Shown piece after piece: positions 22,487 to 33,239 of a DNA stretch of 64,000 nt (position 1 is its first letter; every line of letters starts with the position of its first letter). The notes below the pieces were generated by a model. That model made no database searches. It was not told the DNA's origin and saw only the letters and a list, made by a program, of their open reading frames with translations. The DNA comes from an uncultured beta proteobacterium (lineage in GTDB: Bacteria > Pseudomonadota > Gammaproteobacteria > Burkholderiales > Burkholderiaceae_D): assembly GCA_963795885.1 (NCBI GenBank), contig CAWCJI010000006.1, positions 195,474-259,473 of the forward strand, written 5' to 3'. Both the position numbers and the translations under genes were made by a program.

Positions 22487-23927
22487 TCAGTCCGCGCGCG
22501 CGACCGCCGGCTGCTTCGCCGCGTCGCGCTCGTTCGCCGCGGTCTTCGACGCCCCGAGATTGGCCGCGATGATCCGATCGATCAGCGCGTCGGCGGCATG
22601 CGTGTCGGGCGCGAATGCCTGCGTCTGATAGCCGGTGTCGACCCGACGCGCGCTCGCGAGCTGCTGGCCGCTCTGGTCCGACGTGTCGACCTTCGCGACG
22701 ACCGACAGGCCGATCCGCAGCGGATGGTCGGCGAGCTGCTTGTGGTCGAGCTCGATGCGCACCGGCACGCGCTGCACGACCTTGATCCAGTTGCCGGTCG
22801 CGTTCTGCGCGGGCAGCAGCGAGAACGCGCTGCCGGTCCCGGCGCGACAGGCCGACGATCTTGCCGTCGTATTCGACCTTGCCGCCGTAGAGGTCGGCCT
22901 CGAGCTTGACCGGCTGCCCGACGCGCATCTTGCGCAGCTGGACCTCCTTGAAGTTCGCGTCGATCCACAGCGCATCGAGCGGCACGATCGCCATCAGCGG
23001 CGTGCCCGGCGCGACGCGCTGGCCGAGTTGCACGCCGCGCTTCGCCACCTGACCCGACACCGGCGCCGGCAGCGTGTCGCGCTCGAGCGCGAGGTACGCC
23101 TCGCGCACGCGCGCCGCGGCGCGCTGCACGTTCGGATGCTGCGCGACGCTCGTGCCGTCGGTCAGCGTCTCGTTCGACGCGAGCTGTTCCTTCGCGGCGG
23201 CGACGCTGGCATCGGACGCGGCGAGCTGGCTCTTCGCCGCGTCGAGCCCGGCCTGCATGTGCTGCAGCTCTTCCTTCGACACCGCGCCCGACGCGACCAG
23301 CGCTGCGCGACGCTGATAGTCGTCCTGCGCGCGGACCAGCTCGGAGCGCGCGCGGATCGTGTCGGCCTGACGCGTCGCGACGTTGGCCCGCAGCGTGCCG
23401 TTGTTCGCATAGACGCCGCGCACCTCGCGCACGGTCTGCGCGAGCTGCGCCTCGGCCTGGTCGAGCGCGACGCGCGCGTCGCTCGGGTCGAGGACGACGA
23501 GCTCCTGGCCCTGCTGGACGATGTCGGTGTCGTCGGCCTTGATGGCGACGACGGTGCCCGACACCTGCGGCGTGACCTGCACGACGTTGCCGGCGACGTA
23601 GGCGTCGTCGGTCGACTCGAAGTGCGCGCCGACGAGCACGTACCACACGCCGTAGCCGATGCCGAGGACCACGACGACCAGCGCGATCAGCCACAGCAGC
23701 CGGCGTCGCTTGTTCGCGTTGGCCGGCGTCGGTTGCGCGGCGGCCGCCGCGGTAGGCCCGGCCGGCGCCGTGGCGGGCGGGGCAGCCGCCGTCGTGGCGG
23801 ACGCGACGCCGACCTCGGGTGTCGCGCCGGCGGTCGTCGACGCGACACGCGCCTGCGGTGCCGCCGTGGAGGCGGTGGCCGGCGCGGGCGTCGCGCTCTT
23901 CGGCCGTTCGGTCACGATGTCGCTCAT
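22487..23927 (-). CDS. emrA: EmrA/HlyD family membrane fusion protein, frameshift near 22845
   Basis: STDDAYVAG, WIDANFKEVQL, GSAFSLLPAQNATGNWIKVVQRVPV; long Ala/Thr/Pro-rich N-terminus. Confidence 0.9.
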
Positions 23928-24001
23928 GATGTCTTCCTGATAGTCGTTCGGCGCCGCGTCGCGGCTCGATGCCGATGGATCGAACCTTCGGCGACGCGTC
24001 G

Positions 24002-25618
24002 TCAGCGGGCCGCGATCGGAGCGGCCGCCTCGTCCGGCGCGGCCCGATAGCCGCCGCCCAGCGCGCGCACCAGCGCGACGTTGAGGTCGAGCACGCGAGC
24101 GCGCAGCTCGGCGTCTGCGCGCTCCTGCTGCAGCACGCTGGTCTGCGCATTCAGCACGGTCAGATACGTCGACAGGCCCGCCTTGTAGCGGATCACCGCG
24201 ACGTCGTATGCCTGCTCCGTCTTGACGCGCGCGAGCTCCTGGTCCGGCAGCTGCGCGTTGACCGACTGCAACGAGACGACCTGGTCCGCGACGTCCTTGA
24301 CCGCGTCGACCAGCGTCGCGTTGTACTCCTCGACGGCCGCGTCGTAGTCGGCGTTGCGGCCTGCGAGGTTCGCGCGCAGCCGTCCGCCTTCGAAGATCGG
24401 CAGCGTCAGCGCCGGACCGCCCGACCACGTGCGGCTGCCGAAGTGGACGAACTCCGATGCGCTGAGCGCGATCAGGCCGGCCGACGCCGCGAGATTGATG
24501 TTCGGATAGAACTCGGCGCGCGCCGCGGCGATCTGTCCGCGCGCCGCCTCGACGCGCCAGCGCGCGGCGACGATGTCGGGACGGCGACCGATCAGCTCGG
24601 CCGGCAACGACGCGGGAAGCGGCACGACGGCGCTCGCGACGCCATGTGGCACGCCGATCTCGCGGCCGCGATCCGGTCCCTTGCCGAGCAACGCGGCGAT
24701 CTGGTTGCGCACGAGGCCCATCGACTCGTCGATCTGCGCGAGATCGACGCGCGCGGACGGCAGCAGCGCCTCGGCCTGACGCAGCTCGGCGTTCGTGTCG
24801 ATGCCGGCGTCGAAGCGCTGCTGCGCAATCTGCACGACGTCGGTCCGCTGCTGGATCGCGCGCTCGGTGACATCGCGCAGGCTCGCGAGTCGCTGAAGCT
24901 GGAACCACGCGCGCGCGATCGACGTCGACAGCGCGAGCCGCGCGGCCTGACGGTCGGCTTCCGATGCCCGCTGCTGCGACTGCGTCGACTCGATGGCCGC
25001 GCGGTTGCGGCCCCAGAAGTCGATGTCGTAGCGGAAGTCGAGCGTGCTCGAGATGATGTTGAACGTCGACCCGCCGAACGGCGGCGGGAAGATGTAGTTC
25101 TCGGAGAAGCGGTCGCGCACCACGCTGCCGTTGAAGTTGACGCTCGGATACGTGCTCGCCTGCGCCCCGCGCACGACGGCCTCGGCGCCGCGCAGCCGCG
25201 CTTCCGCGCGACGCAGGTCGATCGAGTTGCCGTCGGCGAGGCCTTCGTCGATCAGCGCGTTCAGCGCCGGGTCCTCGAACTGCTTCCACCAGGCGTCGGT
25301 CGGCCACGGCGCGTCGGGCCTCTGCTCGGCGCCGATCGTGCGGTCGACGGCGAGCGTCGACGGGTCGACGGCCTTCGACTGCGCGTGCGAACCGTCGAAG
25401 CTCGCGCAGCCGGCCAGCAGCATCGCGGTCGCCACCGCGAGCCACACGGCGAGCGTCTGGAGCAGCGCCCAGATCGCGACCTCGACGCGCAGCATCGGCT
25501 CGATGCCGCCCGCGACGCGGCGCGCGCCGTTGCGGAACGCGTCGCGCACGCGCGAGCCGACGAGGCGATGGAGGCGGTCCTTCACGAACCGGCCGGCGAG
25601 CAGGTCGAAGACGGCCAT
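24002..25618 (-). CDS. Efflux outer-membrane factor lipoprotein (NodT/OprM family)
   Basis: LLAGC lipobox, WWKQFEDPAL, YDIDFWG, LIGRRPDI, LPIFEGG, LVRALGGG. Confidence 0.9.
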   Translation of the reverse strand: MAVFDLLAGRFVKDRLHRLVGSRVRDAFRNGARRVAGGIEPMLRVEVAIWALLQTLAVWLAVATAMLLAGCASFDGSHAQSKAVDPSTLAVDRTIGAEQRPDAPWPTDAWWKQFEDPALNALIDEGLADGNSIDLRRAEARLRGAEAVVRGAQASTYPSVNFNGSVVRDRFSENYIFPPPFGGSTFNIISSTLDFRYDIDFWGRNRAAIESTQSQQRASEADRQAARLALSTSIARAWFQLQRLASLRDVTERAIQQRTDVVQIAQQRFDAGIDTNAELRQAEALLPSARVDLAQIDESMGLVRNQIAALLGKGPDRGREIGVPHGVASAVVPLPASLPAELIGRRPDIVAARWRVEAARGQIAAARAEFYPNINLAASAGLIALSASEFVHFGSRTWSGGPALTLPIFEGGRLRANLAGRNADYDAAVEEYNATLVDAVKDVADQVVSLQSVNAQLPDQELARVKTEQAYDVAVIRYKAGLSTYLTVLNAQTSVLQQERADAELRARVLDLNVALVRALGGGYRAAPDEAAAPIAAR

Positions 25619-26154
25619 CAGCATCCCGCCTCCCGGTTCGCGAGCATGCGGCGCAGGAAGCCCTTGAACAGCTCGAGCTCGGAGACGCTGAAGCCGTCGA
25701 GGTGCCGGTTCAGGACCTTGACGATCGCCTTGACGAGACGCTCCGCCTTCTTCTTGCCGGCCGGCGTCAGCTCGAGCTGCACGCGACGCCGATCGTCGGT
25801 GCTGCGGGTGCGCACGATCAACTCCTTCGCTTCCAGACGATCCAGCATGCGCGTCATCGAGCCGGTGTCGCATTCGAGACCGCGCGACAGCACCGCGGCC
25901 GTGTCGCCGCGATGCGTGAGGATCGCCAGCAGGACGCTCCACTGCTCGTAGGTGACGTCGCCGTCGGCCGTGTCGGCAATCTCGCGCTCGACGGCCATGC
26001 TCAGCATCGAGCGGACGCGCTTGATCAGGTAGCCGACACTTTCGTCGGCCACGAAGCTGGCGACCGAGTACAACGGTTCGGCGCCTTCGCCCTGCGCGTG
26101 CCGGCCGTTGCCACCCGGAGCGGGGGTCGTGGTTTTCGGACGGATTGACTGCAT
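25618..26154 (-). CDS. MarR family regulator (EmrR-like)
   Basis: SVGYLIKR, DTGSMTRMLDRLEAKELI, DDRR, LTPAG. Confidence 0.92.
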   Translation of the reverse strand: MQSIRPKTTTPAPGGNGRHAQGEGAEPLYSVASFVADESVGYLIKRVRSMLSMAVEREIADTADGDVTYEQWSVLLAILTHRGDTAAVLSRGLECDTGSMTRMLDRLEAKELIVRTRSTDDRRRVQLELTPAGKKKAERLVKAIVKVLNRHLDGFSVSELELFKGFLRRMLANREAGC

Positions 26155-26190
26155 AGGCAGCAATATACGCTGCTTAGGCAGTTATCTCAA
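26149..26190 (-). promoter_or_regulatory. Sigma70 promoter overlapped by two MarR-type operators
   Basis: TTGAGA-N17-TATATT (26190-26162); dyads CTGCATAGGCAG (26149-26160) and CTGCTTAGGCAG (26170-26181). Confidence 0.75.
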
Positions 26191-26240
26191 ATGCGAACGA
26201 CTTTCGGACAGCCATACGACGAGGCGTATGGCACGGCGGG

Positions 26241-27104
26241 TCAGCGCGGCCGCGTCGCGACGTAGCGCTCGCCATCGCGTCGTCCCTGGTCGTAGGTCGC
26301 CTGCATCGCCGGCGGGTCGGTGTAGTCCCACGCGCTGACCGGGACCTTCGTCGACGGCTGCACGTAGACGCGGCCGAGATGCGTGAAGACGTCGGCGCGG
26401 CCCGGATAGCGGCGCGTCAGCAGCACCAGCGTCGACGGTCCCCCGTCGACGGCGTCCACCGGCACGTTGTCGACCATCCCGCCGTCGAGCGTCGGGCGGC
26501 CGCCGCGATGTTCGATCGGCGTGAACGGCGGCGTGCACGACGACGCGATGATCAGCGACACGAGGTCGTCGATGGTCGCGCAGTCCTGCATCCGCGCGAC
26601 CTCGGGAGCGAAGCCGAGCCGCCGGCCGAACGTCGGATGCAGCGAGCGCCGCCAGTGCTTCTCGAGGTTGTACGCGACGATGCCGACCGCGAGCGCCGCG
26701 TGCGGCCCGAGCCCGCGCGGCAGGCGCGCGAACAGGATGCGGATCTCGGGTGCGTCGCGCTTCAGCGTCTCGAAGCGTTCGCCGCCGAGCAGGTCGACGA
26801 GCGCCCGCCGATAGATCGCCGCATGCGGGAACACGCGCATCGCGTGCGGGTTCGACGGATCGTTCGCGCGACGAAACAGGTTGCCCCAGTACGCGTTGCG
26901 GCGGTTGTGCTTCAGCGCGTCGCGGTAGTAGGCCATCGTCGTGGCCGAGTCGTTCGCGTACAGCATGCACGCGGTGGCCGCGCCGGCCGACACGCTGCCG
27001 ATGACGCGCGGCGCGAGCCCGATCGCCGGCGCGACGACGTCCCAGAAACCGGCCTGCCACCAGCAGCGGTTGCCGCCGCCGGAGAACACCACTTGGTCGA
27101 ACAC
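26241..27104 (-). CDS. Patatin-like phospholipase
   Basis: FSGGGNR oxyanion loop, SVSAG nucleophile elbow, LDGG. Confidence 0.85.
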   Translation of the reverse strand: MFDQVVFSGGGNRCWWQAGFWDVVAPAIGLAPRVIGSVSAGAATACMLYANDSATTMAYYRDALKHNRRNAYWGNLFRRANDPSNPHAMRVFPHAAIYRRALVDLLGGERFETLKRDAPEIRILFARLPRGLGPHAALAVGIVAYNLEKHWRRSLHPTFGRRLGFAPEVARMQDCATIDDLVSLIIASSCTPPFTPIEHRGGRPTLDGGMVDNVPVDAVDGGPSTLVLLTRRYPGRADVFTHLGRVYVQPSTKVPVSAWDYTDPPAMQATYDQGRRDGERYVATRPR

Positions 27105-27176
27105 GGGTCGTCGATCGGAAGGAAGAGGTGCGGCGGCCCGCTAGAATGAGCCGGCATTCTACGGTCCGGACCCACG

Positions 27177-27698
27177 ATGACATCGACGAGGCGGGCGCTG
27201 CGGCTGATCGCCTGCGGCGGCACGTTCGACAAGCGCTACGAGCCGCTGCGCGGCGAGCTGGTCTTCGAAGGCACGCAGCTGCACGACATCGTCGCGCGTG
27301 CGCGTCTGACGATCGACGTCGAGGTCGAAGCGCTGATGCAGGTCGACAGCCTCGACATGCAGTCGTCGGACCGCGAGCGCGTGCGGGATGCTTGCGAGGC
27401 GTCGCCCGAAGCCGCGATCGTCATCGTGCACGGCACCGACACGATGCCCGAGACCGCGGCCGTCCTCGGCGCGCGCTTCGACGAGCGGGCCGGCAAGGCG
27501 ATCGTGCTCACCGGCGCGATGGTGCCGTACGCGGTCGCGCGATCCGACGCGCTGTTCAACCTCGGCTTCGCGTGCGCGGCCGCGCAACTGTTGCCGGCCG
27601 GCGTGTGGATCGCGATGAACGGCCGCGTCCATCGATGGGACGACGTGCGCAAGAACCGCGCGGCCGGCGTCTTCGAATCGCTTCAGACCGCGTCATGA
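27177..27698 (+). CDS. Short single-domain asparaginase-family protein
   Basis: CGGTFDK, DSLDM, HGTDTM, LTGAMVP, DALFNLG. Confidence 0.88.
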   Translation: MTSTRRALRLIACGGTFDKRYEPLRGELVFEGTQLHDIVARARLTIDVEVEALMQVDSLDMQSSDRERVRDACEASPEAAIVIVHGTDTMPETAAVLGARFDERAGKAIVLTGAMVPYAVARSDALFNLGFACAAAQLLPAGVWIAMNGRVHRWDDVRKNRAAGVFESLQTAS

Positions 27699-27708
27699 GG
27701 ACCGCATC

Positions 27709-28506
27709 ATGAAGATCGACCTGTCCGGCAAGACCGCCGTCGTCACCGGCTCCACGGCCGGCATCGGGCTCGCGATCGCGACCGGTCTGGCCGGCTGCGG
27801 CGCGACCGTGATCGTCAACGGCCGCACGCAGGACGCGGTGGATCGCGCGATCGCCGGCATCCAGCGATCGCTGCCGAACGCGTCGCTGCGCGGCTTCGCC
27901 GGCGACCTCGGCGACGCGGCCGGCTGCGCGAAGCTCGTCGAGTCGGAGCCGGATGTCGACATCCTCGTCAACAACCTCGGCATCTTCGCGCTCGGCGATT
28001 TCTTCGAGCTCGACGACGCGACATGGACCCGCTTCTTCGAGGTCAACGTGATGTCCGGTGTGCGGCTGTCGCGCGCCTATGCGCGACAGATGGCCGAACG
28101 CGGCTGGGGCCGCATCGTCTTCATCTCGTCCGAGTCGGGCCTCAACATCCCGACCGAGATGATCCACTACGGCTTCACGAAGACCGCGAACCTGTCGATC
28201 TCGCGCGGCCTCGCGAAGCGGATGGCCGGCACCGGCGTCACGGTCAACGCGGTGCTGCCGGGCCCGACGCTGTCCGAAGGCGTGCGCGACGATGCTCGAG
28301 AAGCGAAGCCGCCGAAGACCGGCTCGTCGATCGAGGACGCCGCGAAGGCGTTCGTGATGGCGAAGCGGCCGAGCTCGATCATCCAGCGCGCCGCGACGAC
28401 CGAGGAAGTCGCGAACCTCGTCGTCTACGTCTGCTCGACGCAGGCGTCGGCCACGACCGGCGCGGCGCTGCGCGTCGACGGCGGCGTGGTCGACACGATC
28501 GCTTGA
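27709..28506 (+). CDS. SDR family oxidoreductase
   Basis: TGSTAGIG, LVNNLG, YGFTK, LRVDGG. Confidence 0.92.
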   Translation: MKIDLSGKTAVVTGSTAGIGLAIATGLAGCGATVIVNGRTQDAVDRAIAGIQRSLPNASLRGFAGDLGDAAGCAKLVESEPDVDILVNNLGIFALGDFFELDDATWTRFFEVNVMSGVRLSRAYARQMAERGWGRIVFISSESGLNIPTEMIHYGFTKTANLSISRGLAKRMAGTGVTVNAVLPGPTLSEGVRDDAREAKPPKTGSSIEDAAKAFVMAKRPSSIIQRAATTEEVANLVVYVCSTQASATTGAALRVDGGVVDTIA

Positions 28507-28528
28507 CCGCGCTCGACCGCGACCGCCG

Positions 28529-30581
28529 TCACCAGATCGTCACGCGCTGCTCGGGCGGCAGATACATCCCGTCGCCCGGCTTGACCCCGTACGCCTCGTA
28601 GAACGGCGCCTGGTTGCGCAGCGTCCCGTTCGCGCGGAATTCGCCCGGCGAGTGCGGATCGGACTTGACGAGCCGGATGGCCTGCTCGTCGCGGACCTTG
28701 TTGCGCCAGATCGTCGCGAAGCCGGCGTAGAAGCGCTGCTCGCCGGTCTTCCCGTCGATCACCGGCGACGGCTGGCCGTGCAGCGAGATCCGATATGCCT
28801 TGTACGCGATCGAGAGGCCCGAGTTGTCGGCGATGTTCTCGCCGAGCGTCAACGCGCCGTTGACGTGATAGCCGGGCACCGGCTCGAACGCGTCGTACTG
28901 CGCGACCAGCGCCTTCGTCTTCGCGTCGAAGCGCTGGCGGTCCTCGTCGGTCCACCAGTTGCGCAGGCGTCCGTCGCCGTCTGCCTGGCTGCCGGCATCG
29001 TCGAAGCCATGGCTGATCTCGTGGCCGATCACCGCGCCGATCGAGCCGTAGTTGGTGGCGTCGTCGGCCTTCACATCGAAGAACGGCGGCTGCAGGATGG
29101 CGGCCGGGAAGACGATCTCGTTGCGGCTCGCGGTTGTAGTACGCGTTCACCGTCTGCGGCGTCATGCCCCACTCGGTGCGGTCGATCGGCTTCCCGAGCT
29201 TCGCGTTGTTGCGGTCGTATTCGAAGCGCCGCGCGCGCATCACGTTGCCGATCAGGTCGTCCTTCCTGATCGTCAGCGCCGTGTAGTCGCGCCACTTCGA
29301 CGGATACGCGATCTTCGGATCGAACTTCGCGAGCTTCGCCTGCGCCTCGCGCTTCGTGTCGGGTCCCATCCAGTCGAGGCCGTCGATGCTCTGTTTGTAG
29401 GCGGCCAGGATGTTGCGGACCATGTCGTCCATCCGCGCCTTGTTCTCCGGCGGGAACCAGCGCGCGACGTAGAGCTTGCCGAGGCCCTGGCCGATCGCCG
29501 CCTCGACGGTGCCGACGCCCTTCTTCCAGCGCGGCAGGTCTTCCGGCGTTCCCGACAGCACGCGGCCCTCGAATGCGAAGTCCTCGTCGACGAACGGCTT
29601 CGACAGGTACGGTGCCGTCGACGAGACCACGCGGTACTTGAAGTAGGCCTTCCACGTGTCGAGCGGCACCGCGTCGACCGTCGCTGCGAAGCCCTTCAGA
29701 TAGCTCGGTTGCGCGACGATCACGCTGTTGACCTTGCCGGACACGTGCGCCGTCGTCAGCCACGGCTTCCATCCGTAGCCGGGCGTCAGCGCGTCGAGAT
29801 TGGCGAGCGCGACCTTGTTGTAGGTCTTGACCGGGTCGCGATTCTGCACGCGCGTCCACTGCACGCGCGCGAGGCGCGTCTCGAGATCGAGCACCGCGCG
29901 TGCAGCCGCGTCGGCATCGGCGACGCCCGCGAGCGACAGCATCTTCGCGACGTGCACGACGTACTTGTCGCGCGCTTCCTTCAGCTTCGCATCGTCGCTC
30001 AGGTAGTAGTCGCGGTCGGGCAGGCCGAGCCCGCCCTGCGCGATCGTCGGGATGTAATGCGTCGGGTCCTTCGCGTCCTGGCCGATGTAGACGAAGTACG
30101 GCGCTCCGATGCCGACCTCGTTGAACTGCGCGATGACCGCCGGCAGGTCGCGCTTCGACTTGATCGCGTCGATCGCCTTCATCTGCGGCGCGATCGGCTT
30201 CGCACCGAGCGCGTTGAGGCGCTCCTCGTCCATGAAGCTCTCGTACAGCGCGACGATCTTCTTCTGGTCGGCCGTGCCGTTCGCGCCGGCCGTCGACGCC
30301 TCGTCGATCACCGTCTTCAGCTGCGTGACCGCCTCGTCGCGCAACTGCAGGAACGCGCCCCACGACGACCGGTCCGGCGGGATCTCCGTCGTCGCGAGCC
30401 ACGCGCCGTTGACCGCGCGATACATGTCGTCCTGCGGTCGCGGTCCCGCCGCCTTCGGCGGGTTGGCGGCGGGCTTCGGCGTCTGGTCGGCGCAGCCTAC
30501 GAGCCACAGCGTGGTCGACAGCGCACCGATCGCGACCGCCTGCAGGGCGACGCGGCGACGCGCGGGACGGGGACTTCTCAT
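28529..30581 (-). CDS. M13 (neprilysin/PepO) metallopeptidase lipoprotein, frameshift near 29130
   Basis: LVGC lipobox, GLGLPDRDYY, VNAYY, GHEISHGFD, GENIAD, DPHSP. Confidence 0.92.
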
Positions 30582-30700
30582 CGAGCATCCTTTCGTGGCG
30601 ATCGACCGTGTGCGGGTCGACCGTGCGTACGGCGGCATTCGAGCGACGGCGGCGGCACCGGGCGGAACGAACCGGCGCACGCTTCGGTTATGGTGGCGCG

Positions 30701-32254
30701 ATGTCGACGCGCCGTCACGTCCGGAGTTCCTTCGCGATCGTCGCCGGGCTCGTCGCCGGCACCCTCGTCGCCATCGCGATGGTCCCGCATCGGGCAGACG
30801 CGGCGCCCGCCGTCACGGTCGGCTCGAAGCGCTTCACCGAGTCGTATGTGCTGGGCGAGGTCGTGCGTCGCACGCTCGTCGACCACGGCGTGCCGACGGC
30901 CTACAAGGCCGGCCTCGGCAACACCGGCATCCTCGTCGCCGCGCTCGAAGCCGGCGAGATCGACGTCTATCCCGAATATACCGGCACGATCGCCCGCGAG
31001 ATCCTGAAGCGCGCGGGCGACCCGTCGATCGACGAGCTCAACGGGGCGCTCGCCGCGCGCGGCCTGAAGGTCGGCATCCCGCTCGGCTTCTCGAACACCT
31101 ACGCGCTCGCGATGCGCGACGACGAGGCCGCGCGACGCGGCATCGTGCGCATCTCGGACCTGCGCGACCCCGACAAGACACGCGACCTGAAGCTCGGCCT
31201 GTCGAACGAGTTCCTCGCGCGCGGCGACGGCTGGCCGGCGTTGAAGGACGCGTACGGGCTGACGCTCGCGACGCCGTCGGGACTCGACCACGGCCTCGCG
31301 TACGACGCGCTCGCGGACCGCCGCGTCGACGTGATCGACATCTATTCGACCGACGCGCGGATCGGGCGCGACGGCGTTCGCGTGCTGGTCGACGACCGGC
31401 ACTTCTTTCCGGCCTACGAGGCGGTGCTGCTGATGCGACGCGGCTTCGACGCGACGCCGCTGCAGGGCCTCGTCGGCGCGATCGACCAGCGCACGATGAT
31501 CGCGTTGAACGCGGAGGCCGAGCTCGATCATCGCCCGTTCGCCGACATCGCGAAGGACTTCGTCGCGAAGCGGAACGGCAACGCCGCGTCGGCGACCGGC
31601 CCGCCGCCGTCGAAGGTCTCGCGCTTCCTGGCGACGCTGTTCGGTCCCGACTTCGGACGTCTGCTGTACGAGCACGTGGTGCTGGTCGCGGTGTCGGTCG
31701 CGGCGGCGGTGATCGTCGGCGTGCCGCTCGGCGTCGCGGCGGTCCGCAGCGAGCACGCCGGTCGCGTCATCCTCGCCGTCGTCGGCCTGTTGCAGACGGT
31801 GCCGTCGCTCGCGCTGCTCGCGCTGCTGATCGCGGCGCTCGGCACGATCGGCACGATCCCGGCGCTGATCGCGCTGTTCCTCTATGCGCTGCTGCCGATC
31901 GTCGCGAACACGCATGCGGGACTCGTCGGCGTGCCGCGCGGCGTCGTGCAGGCGGGCGCCGCGCTCGGACTGACGGCCGGCCAGCGGCTGTTCCACGTCG
32001 AGCTGCCGCTCGCCGCGCCGACGATCGTCGTCGGCATCCGGACCGCCGCCGTGATCAACGTCGGCACCGCGACGATGGCCGCGTTCGTCGGCGCCGGCGG
32101 CTTCGGCGAGCGGATCACGGCCGGCCTCGCGCTCAACGACGGCACGACGATGCTGGCCGGTGCGATTCCGGCGGCCGTGCTCGCGCTGGTGATGCAGCTC
32201 GGCTTCGACGCAATCGCGTGGGCCGCCGACCCGGTGCGGCGACATCGCCGCTGA
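30701..32254 (+). CDS. Osmoprotectant ABC transporter, substrate-binding domain fused to permease
   Basis: VGSKRFTESYVLGE, DVYPEYTGT, NTYALA, YSTD; C-terminal QTVPSLAL, LYALLPI, VELPLA. Confidence 0.9.
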   Translation: MSTRRHVRSSFAIVAGLVAGTLVAIAMVPHRADAAPAVTVGSKRFTESYVLGEVVRRTLVDHGVPTAYKAGLGNTGILVAALEAGEIDVYPEYTGTIAREILKRAGDPSIDELNGALAARGLKVGIPLGFSNTYALAMRDDEAARRGIVRISDLRDPDKTRDLKLGLSNEFLARGDGWPALKDAYGLTLATPSGLDHGLAYDALADRRVDVIDIYSTDARIGRDGVRVLVDDRHFFPAYEAVLLMRRGFDATPLQGLVGAIDQRTMIALNAEAELDHRPFADIAKDFVAKRNGNAASATGPPPSKVSRFLATLFGPDFGRLLYEHVVLVAVSVAAAVIVGVPLGVAAVRSEHAGRVILAVVGLLQTVPSLALLALLIAALGTIGTIPALIALFLYALLPIVANTHAGLVGVPRGVVQAGAALGLTAGQRLFHVELPLAAPTIVVGIRTAAVINVGTATMAAFVGAGGFGERITAGLALNDGTTMLAGAIPAAVLALVMQLGFDAIAWAADPVRRHRR

Positions 32255-32262
32255 CGACGCCC

Positions 32263-32781
32263 ATGACGATCGCCCACGACCTCGACCCGCGGCTCGCGCC
32301 GATCGTCATCGACATCGAGGCGTCGGGCTTCGGCCGCGGCAGCTATCCGATCGAGATCGGCTTCGTGCTGCCCGACGGTCGCGGCGACTGCATGCTGATC
32401 CGGCCGGCCGACGACTGGCGTCACTGGGACCCGGCCGCCGAGTCGCTGCATCACATCAGCCGTGACCTGCTGATGCGGCACGGCCGGCCGGTCGCCGACG
32501 TCGTCGACCGCCTCGAGTCGCAACTGCACGGCACGACGGTCTACAGCGACGGCTGGGGCAACGACTACAGCTGGCTGTCGACGCTGTACGACGCCGTCGA
32601 TCGCCAGCCCGGCTTCCGCCTCGACAGCCTGCAGAAGCTGTTGACCGAGGACGAGCTCGATCGCTGGGAGCGCGAGAAGGCGGCGGCGTTCGACGAGGCG
32701 GCGCAGGCGCGACATCGCGCGAGCGCCGACGCGCGGCTGCTGCAGACGACGTTGATGCGGCTGCGTTCGACCGATCGTTGA
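32263..32781 (+). CDS. DEDDh-like 3'-5' exonuclease domain protein
   Basis: IDIEASG...YPIEIG (ExoI), D in NDYSWL (ExoII), HRASADA (ExoIII). Confidence 0.75.
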   Translation: MTIAHDLDPRLAPIVIDIEASGFGRGSYPIEIGFVLPDGRGDCMLIRPADDWRHWDPAAESLHHISRDLLMRHGRPVADVVDRLESQLHGTTVYSDGWGNDYSWLSTLYDAVDRQPGFRLDSLQKLLTEDELDRWEREKAAAFDEAAQARHRASADARLLQTTLMRLRSTDR

Positions 32782-32785
32782 CGCT

Positions 32786-33217
32786 TCAACGATCGGGGCC
32801 GAGCAGCGCGAGCGTCCGTGCGTCGCGCTCACCGCCGCAGTACTTCTTCAAGGCCGCCTCGAAGGGCGAGGGATCGGTCGCGACCGCCGCGAACAGCGTC
32901 ATCGACGAGCGGAACTTGAGGTCGTCGGGGCTGCCGAGGATCGCGTTCAGCGAAGGGCCGTCGACGGCGTTGACGAGGCTCGTGCATTCGACGAGTCGCG
33001 GCCCGAGCACCGGATGGGCGAGGTACGCGATCGCCTCCGCGCGCGAATGGATCGCATAGCGCTCGGCCATCGCGCTGAAGCCGAGGCCGGCGATCTGCGG
33101 GAACACGAACCACATCCAGTGGCTGCGCTTGCGACCGGCGCGCAGCTCGGCCGTCACCTGATCGATGACGCGTTCCTGCGCGTCGACGAAACGCCGGAGG
33201 TCGTGCGGATCGCTCAT
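32786..33217 (-). CDS. DUF1810 family protein
   Basis: DLRRFVDAQ, GRKRSHWMWFVFPQ, YLAHPVLGPRL, DDLKFRSSMTLF. Confidence 0.9.
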   Translation of the reverse strand: MSDPHDLRRFVDAQERVIDQVTAELRAGRKRSHWMWFVFPQIAGLGFSAMAERYAIHSRAEAIAYLAHPVLGPRLVECTSLVNAVDGPSLNAILGSPDDLKFRSSMTLFAAVATDPSPFEAALKKYCGGERDARTLALLGPDR

Positions 33218-33239
33218 GCGCTCGCTCGAGGCAGCCGCG

